DNA from: Armatimonadota bacterium
GTDB taxonomy: Bacteria; Armatimonadota; Armatimonadia; Armatimonadales; Armatimonadaceae
NCBI GenBank assembly: GCA_043754515.1
Contig: JAYUUO010000028.1
Span: 1 to 18,396 of the forward strand
DNA length: 18,396 nt
Reading direction: 5' to 3'
The position numbers and the translations under genes are program-made. The notes beneath the pieces were generated by a model. The model was given only the letters and a program-made list of their open reading frames with translations. It searched no databases and was not told the DNA's origin. This document shows, piece after piece, positions 7,223-15,104 of this stretch (within the stretch, counting starts at the first letter, position 1; every line of letters starts with the position of its first letter).

Positions 7223-8692
7223 TCACCCGAACTTGGGCGGCGTGCGCGGGGGGAATGGCGGCGTCAGCGTGTCCGCCGCGTGTCGCACCGCGTTGCGCCC
7301 CTCGCGCTTGGCTTTATACATCGCCCTGTCCGCATCTCCGATGAGCGAAGCGGGGAGCGCGGTGTCGCGCCGGAGTGTCGCGACCCCGATGCTCGCGGTG
7401 ATCGCGCGGTTGGTGTCGGGCAAAGCCTCCACGGCGCGGCGTGCCCCCTCGCCCCATTCCAGGGCGGCGTCCTCGTCCGTGTCGGGCAATATCACCGCGA
7501 ACTCCTCCCCGCCGTATCGGGCGCAGATCGCGTCCGGGGGTGTCGCGCCCAGTAGCGCGGCCGCAACCTGTCGCAAGACGCTGTCGCCCGCAAGGTGTCC
7601 GAACGCATCGTTGTACTGTTTGAAGTAGTCTACGTCGAGCAGGACTAGCGAGAGCGTACCGCCGTGCTCCCGCGCCCGCGTGAAGACGTCAGCGAGCCGG
7701 TCCTGAAACGCGCGGCGGTTGCAAAGCCCCGTCAATACGTCCATGGCCGCCAACTGTTGTAGATGCCGGTTCGTCTCCCCGAGCCGGTTCTGTTGCAGGG
7801 CGAGGCGGAGCGTGGAATTATTGAGCCGCGTGCCCTGCTCTTCGATGTCGTGCCGGGAGATGTGTAGCGTGGAAAGGTCGTGCGCGATGCCGAGGTACTG
7901 CGTGACCCGCCCCGTTTCGGGGTCGCGGGCGAAAACGGTGTCGCGGGAGGAGAAATGGTGGTACGCGCCGTCGGCGCGGCGCAGGCGGTACTCCATCTCG
8001 CATACAACATCGTCGGCGGAATCAAGTATCGTTTTAATGTGCGCGTCCACCCGCTGCATATCGTCGGGGTGGATGATCCGCTCGAACAATGACTCCCCCA
8101 TCAGAGCGATCTCGCTCGGAGTATAGCCTAATAGGGCGGGCGTCTCCCGGCTCGCGAAGATGTTTCGCCTGGTCAGCGCGTCCATCACGTAGACCACGCC
8201 TGGCGTCGCCGTCAGCACCCGATCCACGAAGCGTTGCCGCTCCCGAAGCACGACCTCGGTCTGTTTGCGCTCCGTAATGTCGAACATGCTCGCGCGGCTT
8301 GCCACATGCTCGCCGCCGACAACCGTCTCGCTGAGAAGGACTTCGAGTCGCGTGCCATCCTTGCGCATCAGGCGGAACTCGGCGTCGCGAAGAATGCCGG
8401 TGCGCCGGAACCGGGCGCGATTTTCCCGATATGTTTCGCGCGATTCCGGCGCGACAAGGTCAGAGAAGCGGAGCACGCCCACTACCGCGTCACGGGTGTA
8501 GCCGAGCCAGCGGAGCGCGGTGTTATTGATGCGCAGGAACAGCCCGTCCGCGTCCAGCGAGTGGTAGCCGCAGGGGGCATTGTTGTACACCTCGAATATC
8601 TCGTCGGCGGATAGTGCGAAATCCAGGGCGGCGGAAAAATCGCAGGACGTCTGGTGGCGTAATCCGGGGTCGGCAGGTAAAGTGGCGTCCAT
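7223..8692 (-). CDS. PAS-PAS-GGDEF diguanylate cyclase
   Basis: Two PAS/PAC domains (YNNAPCGYHSLD...MFDITERKQ; IHPDD...EYRLRRADG). GGDEF domain with DVLTGLCNRR, DVDYFKQYNDAFGHLAGD, RYGGEEF, TASIGVA and ADRAMYKAK. Confidence 0.93.
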   Translation of the reverse strand: MDATLPADPGLRHQTSCDFSAALDFALSADEIFEVYNNAPCGYHSLDADGLFLRINNTALRWLGYTRDAVVGVLRFSDLVAPESRETYRENRARFRRTGILRDAEFRLMRKDGTRLEVLLSETVVGGEHVASRASMFDITERKQTEVVLRERQRFVDRVLTATPGVVYVMDALTRRNIFASRETPALLGYTPSEIALMGESLFERIIHPDDMQRVDAHIKTILDSADDVVCEMEYRLRRADGAYHHFSSRDTVFARDPETGRVTQYLGIAHDLSTLHISRHDIEEQGTRLNNSTLRLALQQNRLGETNRHLQQLAAMDVLTGLCNRRAFQDRLADVFTRAREHGGTLSLVLLDVDYFKQYNDAFGHLAGDSVLRQVAAALLGATPPDAICARYGGEEFAVILPDTDEDAALEWGEGARRAVEALPDTNRAITASIGVATLRRDTALPASLIGDADRAMYKAKREGRNAVRHAADTLTPPFPPRTPPKFG

Positions 8693-8720
8693 GAGGGGGT
8701 TTCTTCCGCCTTAACATGGT

Positions 8721-8736
8721 TGCAATTTGCGTGCCA
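8721..8736 (-). promoter_or_regulatory. Sigma-54 (-24/-12) promoter of the diguanylate cyclase
   Basis: The minus strand reads TGGCAC-GCAAA-TTGCA, a full match to TGGCAC-N5-TTGCW, ending 28 nt upstream of ATG 8692. Confidence 0.8.
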
Positions 8737-8741
8737 GTCGG

Positions 8742-8757
8742 TGTGAAAAATATCACG
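8742..8757. promoter_or_regulatory. CRP/FNR-family-like binding site
   Basis: TGTGA-AAAATA-TCACG has one mismatch to TGTGA-N6-TCACA and lies 5 bp from the sigma-54 -24 element. Confidence 0.5.
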
Positions 8758-8814
8758 CCAGAACCGTGACACAAAACAGGCGCGGGCTTCGTCAAAGGAA
8801 GTAGGAATATCGCC

Positions 8815-8919
8815 ATGCACTCCCGCCCTCTCTCGCTCGCCCCACGCTACGGACTTTGGCTCGCCTGGCTCGCAGCTGCGGCCGGCATCCTCGCGGCGAT
8901 GCGCTTCACCATGCTGTGA
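8815..8919 (+). CDS. Small single-pass membrane peptide (34 aa)
   Basis: Not in the ORF track. MHSRPLSLAPRYGLWLAWLAAAAGILAAMRFTML* with RBS AGGAAGTAGGA upstream. It fills the gap between two minus-strand genes and has one hydrophobic helix. Confidence 0.55.
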   Translation: MHSRPLSLAPRYGLWLAWLAAAAGILAAMRFTML

Positions 8920-8952
8920 GGCGACCGAGTGGCGACAACAGGAGACACGCTG

Positions 8953-9678
8953 CTAATGAACTGGCCTCGCGGTGGCCGGCCTCACGGACAGGTAGTACGC
9001 GACGAACGGCTCCTTCCACGTCTCCGGGATGGCACCGGTTCCCACCTCGCCGATGACCGACGAGCCGTCGGCGAAGGTCAATCCGACAACTCGTTTCGCG
9101 GCGGCACTACGCGGGAGTGGTACCGCGCGCTCCAGTCCGACCGCCGAACCGTTCGCCCGCCTCCATCCCAGTTTCGCCAACAACGTCGGGGGAGTGCCGC
9201 TGGTTTGTGGTAAACGAACTGTAACCGAGGCGGCGAGCATGGAGCCGCTAGCGTCGGTGACGACGAAACTAATCGGCTTGTTGTGAACGAGGATCACGGA
9301 CCGACGGCTGACCACGGTGACGGCGGGACCACCTTCGTCGCCGAAGACGGCGCGCTCGATCATCACCATGTAGGCCGCTTTGCGCGGCGCGACATCGAGG
9401 AGGGCGACCAGTGCCTTGACTACCGTGAGACCGTCCCGCGTGCCGAGCACTCGTAGCGCGTGCTTCTCCTCGGGGTCAACGCCGACCCGCGCGACGCCGA
9501 GCGGGAGTGACTGCGCGTTCAGTGAAGCGGCCACCACACCTGGCTCGGCGTACCGGAGCGGAATCGTCTCGCGGTACTTGGGCGCGAACGCGGGCGCGGC
9601 GGGTGCCTGACGCGGTGCGGCATCCGCCATCGGCGCGCACAAAACGGTACAAGCCAGTAGAAGCGAGAGACGTGTCAT
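8953..9678 (-). CDS. Secreted protein with a secretin N-domain (NolW-like) repeat
   Basis: Probable start MTRLSLLLACTVLCAPMADA (signal peptide). IPLRYAEP...VGVDPEEKHALRVLGTRDGLTVVKALVALLDVAPR matches the NolW-like pattern. The longer ORF-track start (9972) overlaps the divergent gene. Confidence 0.65.
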   Translation of the reverse strand: MTRLSLLLACTVLCAPMADAAPRQAPAAPAFAPKYRETIPLRYAEPGVVAASLNAQSLPLGVARVGVDPEEKHALRVLGTRDGLTVVKALVALLDVAPRKAAYMVMIERAVFGDEGGPAVTVVSRRSVILVHNKPISFVVTDASGSMLAASVTVRLPQTSGTPPTLLAKLGWRRANGSAVGLERAVPLPRSAAAKRVVGLTFADGSSVIGEVGTGAIPETWKEPFVAYYLSVRPATARPVH

Positions 9679-9806
9679 GGCTCCCGTTTCACCAGATACG
9701 AGGCACATTCCTTTTTCTCGTCCCGCGTCACTCGGAGGGATTGGCGCGGGACGAGAAAAAGGACGTTGGTAAGACAGGGGCTGATGAATTGCGATAAAAC
9801 AGACGC

Positions 9807-10814
9807 ATGAACTTTCCCGACCTACACCGGCACCTCGGCGGCGCGACGCATCCGAGGATACTGTGGGGCTACATCGAAAAGCACGGGCGTGACACGAAGG
9901 TCGCGACGGCTTTGCGCGCGCGGTTCGGCGGCTATGACGGCTTCGCGCGGGAGTTCTCGCGACCGTTCGCAAACCTCGCCGACTACCTGACCGTGCATCA
10001 CCTCGTCGAATCGTTACAGGCCGCCGATGTGCCCTACTTCGCGACGCGGGCGGTGCGCGGCGCGGCGGTGTTCGAGAGCATTGACTACCTGGAGATCCGT
10101 TTCAACCCGTACAAACGCACGCCGGACGGGTTGCTGACCGCCGACCGGCTCGCGCTGATGCGCGACGTCAGCGCGCAGGTGATCCGCGCCGGTCGCGCCA
10201 CCGAGTTTCCCATCGCGTCATCTTACATCTTGTGCATGGATCGCGGCTTCACCGTGGCGATGAACCGCGCGATTGTGCACCTAGCCGCCTCACTCCCCGA
10301 GGTACGTGCCGTGGATCTCGCGGGGCCGTATCAGGACGGCGGTCCTTCGTGGGACGAATGGCGCGAACTATTCGCGGAGGCGAAGTCGCTCGGCTTGCGT
10401 ACCACGGCGCACATGGCGGAGTCGGAGCCGGACGACGTTCACCCAGAACTATTCCCCCATCTCGACCGGATCGGGCACGGCATACAGATCGCGCTCCGCC
10501 ACCCGCACCTGCTACCGGAACTTGCGGAGCGGGGCATCTGCCTGGAGGTTTGCCCGACGACCTATCTGCGCACCAACACGATCCGCGACCTGACCGAACT
10601 TCGCCCCGTGTTCGCGCGGTGCGAAGCGGCGGGCGTTCCGGTGAGTATCGCGACCGACAACCCGGCACTGCACGGCGACTCCGGACGGATCGTCGGGCAG
10701 TACGAGATCCTGGTGCGTGCCGAGGTGATCCACTTTAATGACATATTGCGCTACGCCGAAGTCGGCTACCGGCACGCGTTCGGGGCGGCGGGCGGGGTGG
10801 GGAACGGGCGATGA
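9807..10814 (+). CDS. Adenosine deaminase family metallo-deaminase
   Basis: Motifs DLHRHLGG, YLEIRFNP, AVDLAG, TTAHMAE, RIGHG, LEVCPT and ATDNP. Confidence 0.88.
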   Translation: MNFPDLHRHLGGATHPRILWGYIEKHGRDTKVATALRARFGGYDGFAREFSRPFANLADYLTVHHLVESLQAADVPYFATRAVRGAAVFESIDYLEIRFNPYKRTPDGLLTADRLALMRDVSAQVIRAGRATEFPIASSYILCMDRGFTVAMNRAIVHLAASLPEVRAVDLAGPYQDGGPSWDEWRELFAEAKSLGLRTTAHMAESEPDDVHPELFPHLDRIGHGIQIALRHPHLLPELAERGICLEVCPTTYLRTNTIRDLTELRPVFARCEAAGVPVSIATDNPALHGDSGRIVGQYEILVRAEVIHFNDILRYAEVGYRHAFGAAGGVGNGR

Positions 10815-11431
10815 CGCGCCTCGGCGTTTTCGGCGGCTCGTTCGACCCGGTGCATGTCGGGCATCTGCGCCTCGCCGAAGAAGCGCGGGAAGCGTTCGCG
10901 CTCGACCGGGTGCTTTTCATCCCGACGTGGGTGTCACCGTTCAAAACGGGGCGCGCGACGACTCCGCCCGCCCACCGCTTAGAAATGGCGCGGCTGGCGA
11001 CGCGAGACAATGACGCGTTCGCTGTTTCGGCGATAGAATGTGTCCGGGAAGGCGCGAGCTACACGGTGGAAACTCTACGCGCGTTGCGCCGGGAGCATCC
11101 AGGCGCGGAGCTATGGTTTCTGACCGGCACGGACGCCCTCGCGGGTCTGCCGCGCTGGCGCGAGCCGGAGGCGGTTTTGGAACTCGCCCGGTTCGGGGTG
11201 GCCACGCGGGCAGGCACGACGGTGGAGGCCGCGCGGGAGAGTCTGGCGCATCTTCCTGGAAACTGGCGTGAGCGAATCGCGTTTTTTCCTATGACGAACG
11301 TTGACATATCATCCACCGACCTTCGGGCGCGGCTACGGGAAGGGCGTTCCGTACGCTACCTGTTGCCGGGGGATGTAGAAGCATATATTGCGGCGCGCGG
11401 ACTGTACGAGCCGGACGCGCCGCGGGAGTAG
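10811..11431 (+). CDS. nadD: Nicotinate-nucleotide adenylyltransferase
   Basis: Motifs GVFGGSFDPVHVGH, SPFK, RLEM, SYTVETL, FLTGTDA, W-R-E-P, DISSTDLR and VEAYI-x-x-x-GLY. Next to rsfS; ATGA overlap with the upstream gene. Confidence 0.95.
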   Translation: MTRLGVFGGSFDPVHVGHLRLAEEAREAFALDRVLFIPTWVSPFKTGRATTPPAHRLEMARLATRDNDAFAVSAIECVREGASYTVETLRALRREHPGAELWFLTGTDALAGLPRWREPEAVLELARFGVATRAGTTVEAARESLAHLPGNWRERIAFFPMTNVDISSTDLRARLREGRSVRYLLPGDVEAYIAARGLYEPDAPRE

Positions 11432-11435
11432 ATAT

Positions 11436-12110
11436 TTGGCGAAGAAGATACAACTGCCTGCCGGTGAGAAGGCGCAACTATTGATGGATGCCGTGGAAGA
11501 TCGGCTCGCCGTGGAGCCGGTCCTGCTCAACCTGACCGACAAGGCACTGATGTTCGATTATGTGCTAGTTTGCGCGGGCAACTCGGACACACACGTCCGC
11601 GCGATCACGAACGGCGTGCTGGAACGCACCGACGAGGAGAACCTCGCCCCGCCGCGCGTGTCGGGTCAGGGTATCGGCGAGTGGGTGCTGATGGACTTCG
11701 GCGACGTCATCTTGCACATCATGAGCGAGGAGGCGCGGGAGCGGTACAAGCTGGAGACGTTCTGGTCTACCGCGCAGCCGAAAGGCGCGCTACCGCCGAT
11801 GCCGAGCGAGTTGTACGCAGGCGCGACGATCACCGACGCGGGCTTCGACGATTCGGACGACGACCTTGATGAGGAAGAGGACGGCGACGAACTGACCGAG
11901 GAGGAGCTTGACGCCCTGGATATTGACGACGAAGACCCAGACGACGTATCGTTCTTCGGCGGCGCGGATCGCGCGGTCGAGCCGGTCGTCGAGCCGGACG
12001 ACCTGCCTAAATCGCCCGACGAGCCGGACACCGATGACCATGCGAAGGCGGCGGATGGATCGGGCGTGAACAGCGGCGGGGTTCATGCCGCCGCGAAGGG
12101 CGACGTGTAA
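11436..12110 (+). CDS. rsfS: Ribosome silencing factor RsfS (Iojap/YbeB) with long acidic C-terminal extension
   Basis: TTG start at 11436 after GGGAG. Motifs FDYVLVCAGNSDTHVRAI, WVLMDFGDVILHIM and RERYKLETFW. Conserved nadD-rsfS order. Confidence 0.9.
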   Translation: MAKKIQLPAGEKAQLLMDAVEDRLAVEPVLLNLTDKALMFDYVLVCAGNSDTHVRAITNGVLERTDEENLAPPRVSGQGIGEWVLMDFGDVILHIMSEEARERYKLETFWSTAQPKGALPPMPSELYAGATITDAGFDDSDDDLDEEEDGDELTEEELDALDIDDEDPDDVSFFGGADRAVEPVVEPDDLPKSPDEPDTDDHAKAADGSGVNSGGVHAAAKGDV

Positions 12111-12115
12111 GCACC

Positions 12116-13204
12116 ATGGATAACGCCCCCGTTAACCCCGCTACCGTTCCCGGCACCGAGGGGAGGACGGGGGCTACCGCTACGACCGCCACCAGTGCCG
12201 TGACTTGCCCCACATGCGGCGCGGCGTCTCCGATCGGTCAGCGGTTCTGTGGTGCTTGTGGCGCGCCGCTCGGCCCGCCCTCGCCGCCCTCCAAGCCTCC
12301 GCCGGGGCAACCGACGACGAACGCGAGCGGGAACGTGGTGGCGAGACAGCCGCCGTTGACGCTCGTTTCAACGACTCAACCGCAGACCCGTCCCGCGAGT
12401 AACGTGGGCATCGGGGGGAGGGACGTTCGCGCGGGGATGCCGATTGTGAACTCCGCCCCACTCATGGGCACGGGCGCGGCGCAGAACGCGCGGGAGCGGG
12501 ACCGCCTCCTGACACTCGTCAATGTTCAGCGAATGCGCGGGCAACTCGAAGAGGCGCGCAAAACCGTCGAGTCCGCGCTCGCGCTCTCCGAGGGAATGCC
12601 GAACAAGGACGTCGCGCCCGTACACGAATTACGCGGCGACCTGCTCCAATCCGTAGGGCGGTGGGAGGAGGCGCAGACGGCGTTCGAGCAGGCGCATCTC
12701 CTCGACCCGGAGCGAGTGGGAGCGGAGAAGAAGTTCGCCGAGGCGACGCTCCGTATCGCGGAGGCAAAAGCCATCGCGTCCGGGTCGCGCCTCGGGATGG
12801 GCGGCGGGTTCGGTCAGCGGGATCGGCGAACGGAGACCAAGCCGGGGGTCGCGCTGATCGCTTCGCTTTTCGTGCCCGGCTTCGGGCAACTCGTCAACGG
12901 CGAGCCGGTCAAGGCCGGTATATGCCTGGGCGTGTTCTTGCTCACCCTGATCGCGCTGAGACTTTCTCCCGACAGCCGGATCTTATTCGCGCGGGTGCGC
13001 GTGTTCATCTCGCCGACGGACGACAAGGCGGCCGCGCTCGCCAGTGCCGCCTTGCCCCCACTCCTGATCGTGCTACTGATCCTGATGGGGCTGACGTGGG
13101 CATACTCGCTGTTCGACGCCGCCGCGTCCGGCGGGGCGAAAGCCACGGGAGGCGGGACGGGTGCCGTGCCGCCCGCCGGGGATCGCTCCGGCTGGGAAGT
13201 TTAG
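12116..13204 (+). CDS. Zinc-ribbon / TPR / TM2-like membrane protein
   Basis: CPTCG...FCGACGAPL zinc ribbon; TPR-like helices (HELRGDLLQSVGRWEEAQTAFEQAHLLDP); KPGVALIASLFVPGFGQLVNG-x-x-x-K followed by TM helices. Confidence 0.8.
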   Translation: MDNAPVNPATVPGTEGRTGATATTATSAVTCPTCGAASPIGQRFCGACGAPLGPPSPPSKPPPGQPTTNASGNVVARQPPLTLVSTTQPQTRPASNVGIGGRDVRAGMPIVNSAPLMGTGAAQNARERDRLLTLVNVQRMRGQLEEARKTVESALALSEGMPNKDVAPVHELRGDLLQSVGRWEEAQTAFEQAHLLDPERVGAEKKFAEATLRIAEAKAIASGSRLGMGGGFGQRDRRTETKPGVALIASLFVPGFGQLVNGEPVKAGICLGVFLLTLIALRLSPDSRILFARVRVFISPTDDKAAALASAALPPLLIVLLILMGLTWAYSLFDAAASGGAKATGGGTGAVPPAGDRSGWEV

Positions 13205-13217
13205 CCCGTTAAGTCGC

Positions 13218-14018
13218 ATGTCTACCCCTAGTAACTTGCCGGGCCTCCTTGCAAGCGATGCCGGCGTGTTGCGCCAGACGCGCGGCTTCGCGTTGGCTGG
13301 GCTAGTGTTGGGCGGACTTGCGTTCTGCATCACTCTGCTCATTATCGTAGCCGTCGTCATCGCGGCGACCAAATCAGCATCCTCGAAAGAAGGCAAAGGT
13401 ACTACGCAGGACTTCTCCTTTCGGAACATCGGCGGTTTGGCGCGCGCGCAAATCGAGCAGAACACGGTCTACTCTCCCGTGAACTACAGCGACCCCGTTT
13501 TGAATGGGCAACGCGCCGTGTTTCTGAACGGCACCGTGAATAACCTGACGGCGCACAATGTGATATCGCAACTACTGTACCTGAATGCGAGGAACCCACG
13601 GTTACCGATTAACCTGTATATTACGAGCTACGGAGGGGACAGCGACAGCGCGTTCGCGCTCCTGGACACGATGCGGATGATCGCCGCGCCAGTAAATGTC
13701 TGGTCATTGGGCGGGTGTGAGTCCTCCGGCGCGATGATATTAGTGGGCGCGACCGGCAAGCGATACGCGACGCCGAGTAGCGTGATCATGATTCACGCGA
13801 ACAGCGAGCAGAGCAAAGCCGGGGATGACAAAGGCTACGACGATTACGACCTGGATCGCGTCCATCTTTTGTGGCACTCCCGCTCACACATCCCCGCGAA
13901 GTGGTTCCCGCTAACGGGTAATAAGGAGTACTACATGACGCCTAAGGAAGCGTTGGGGTACGGCGTCATAGACGCGGTGAAATTCGGCACCGGGGCGGCT
14001 TACGCGTCGAAGCCGTAG
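13218..14018 (+). CDS. ClpP-family protease with N-terminal transmembrane anchor (atypical ClpP paralog)
   Basis: Motifs RAVFLNGTV, VISQLLYL, INLYITSYGG, LLDTM, GGCESSGAMIL (Ser), IMIH (His) and KEYYMTPKEALGYGVID. A hydrophobic helix FALAGLVLGGLAFCITLLIIVAVVIAA precedes the domain. ATG 13218 is 13 nt after the upstream stop. Confidence 0.85.
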   Translation: MSTPSNLPGLLASDAGVLRQTRGFALAGLVLGGLAFCITLLIIVAVVIAATKSASSKEGKGTTQDFSFRNIGGLARAQIEQNTVYSPVNYSDPVLNGQRAVFLNGTVNNLTAHNVISQLLYLNARNPRLPINLYITSYGGDSDSAFALLDTMRMIAAPVNVWSLGGCESSGAMILVGATGKRYATPSSVIMIHANSEQSKAGDDKGYDDYDLDRVHLLWHSRSHIPAKWFPLTGNKEYYMTPKEALGYGVIDAVKFGTGAAYASKP

Positions 14019-14079
14019 CGGGTGCCCGATGACAATTCCGCCGTTACGGATGGTCTGCTGACGGTTTCAAAGGGATAAT

Positions 14080-14952
14080 ATGCCGAGCAATCGGGATGAA
14101 GTGATAGCATGTCGGCCCTCCGACTTCGAAAAATATGTCGCTGGCATGGACGATGTCAACGCGGTTGACGAGCGGGGGCAGACTCTTCTGCTTCACGCCG
14201 TCGCGAACAACGACCTGATGAAAGTGCGTTTCCTTATCAAGGCCGGTGCCGACATTGATCACCAGGACGAAGCCAGCGCGCAAACCCCTTTAATGGGCGC
14301 GGTGCAGGAACGTAATCTGGGTGTCTTTAAACTCCTGCTCAAGAGCGGTGCCGATTTATATCTAAGCGGCATGAATGGGGATGACGTTCTGTATCACCTT
14401 CACCAGATGGAAGAATCGGAGTTCAAATCCGAGGTCATCCGACTGACTGACGACTGCGAAAAGCGATTCAAGAATATCGGGGTAGAGTACATCACCGGGG
14501 ACGTGGTGAGACAGCGGCTGGCCGAGTGCGTCCCGGTTTGCCTGAGCCGGTTCCGATCCTACATCACGGAGACGTTGCCCGAACAGGTAATTTACGACGC
14601 GAAAACGGATTCCGAGACCACGTACAGGCGTATTACGGAGGATGATCTGCTACGGGAAGTCTTTCAAGGCGGTAAGTTGCGTGAGCATGTGTCGCTGTAC
14701 GTGCACGGCATCGAGAAGGCGCATACGGTCCTAAGGGCGGACCTTTCCGACACTTTCATGAACACGACGGACGTCCAGTACAGGAATAAGCTTCAACTTC
14801 CGAACGTGCCGTTTAGCCATGATTTACCGATGCCGCCGTCCGACTGGATAGTGAGTCACGCGGGAGTGACCGGGGCGAAAGCCGAAGGGGATATTGACTG
14901 GATAGCTAGTCTGAGAAAGAACAGCAAGTTCAGCCTTTCGCGTCTCGTCTGA
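14080..14952 (+). CDS. Ankyrin-repeat protein with uncharacterised C-terminal domain
   Basis: Ankyrin-type repeats DVNAVDERGQTLLLHAV, LIKAGADIDHQD, QTPLMGAV and LLKSGAD. AAAGGGA upstream. Confidence 0.8.
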   Translation: MPSNRDEVIACRPSDFEKYVAGMDDVNAVDERGQTLLLHAVANNDLMKVRFLIKAGADIDHQDEASAQTPLMGAVQERNLGVFKLLLKSGADLYLSGMNGDDVLYHLHQMEESEFKSEVIRLTDDCEKRFKNIGVEYITGDVVRQRLAECVPVCLSRFRSYITETLPEQVIYDAKTDSETTYRRITEDDLLREVFQGGKLREHVSLYVHGIEKAHTVLRADLSDTFMNTTDVQYRNKLQLPNVPFSHDLPMPPSDWIVSHAGVTGAKAEGDIDWIASLRKNSKFSLSRLV

Positions 14953-15049
14953 TGATAACCGCCCGTCGGATGTGCGCGGAAAGAGGCTTTGGCAGGGCCA
15001 CGTATTGCCGCGTGCACAAAGAGGACAGGCCACCGCCGCTTCAGGTCCA

Positions 15050-15071
15050 GCCCGCGCGGCGAGGCGCGGGC
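15050..15071. terminator. Hairpin between convergent genes
   Basis: GCCCGCGC-GGCGAG-GCGCGGGC: 8-bp perfect stem, no U-tract. Confidence 0.4.
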
Positions 15072-15104
15072 CGAATCCCCTGACCGAGATCACGTTCCTC
15101 TACC

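Noticed and set aside
7158..7226. ORF-track N-terminal extensions of the kinase (7226), and likewise of the NolW protein (9972), rsfS (11388), ClpP-like gene (13161), oxidoreductase (16316) and PLC (1742)
   Set aside because: Most extensions overlap neighbouring genes, none has family similarity, and internal starts fit the RBS and family N-termini better.
8929..9213. Plus-strand ORF with AGGAG upstream of an internal ATG
   Set aside because: It is almost entirely antisense to the NolW-like gene and its translation has no recognisable features.
13270..13365. Type IV prepilin cleavage motif (RG-FAL) in the ClpP-like protein
   Set aside because: The conserved Glu at +5 is missing (FALAG), so it is better read as a plain membrane anchor.
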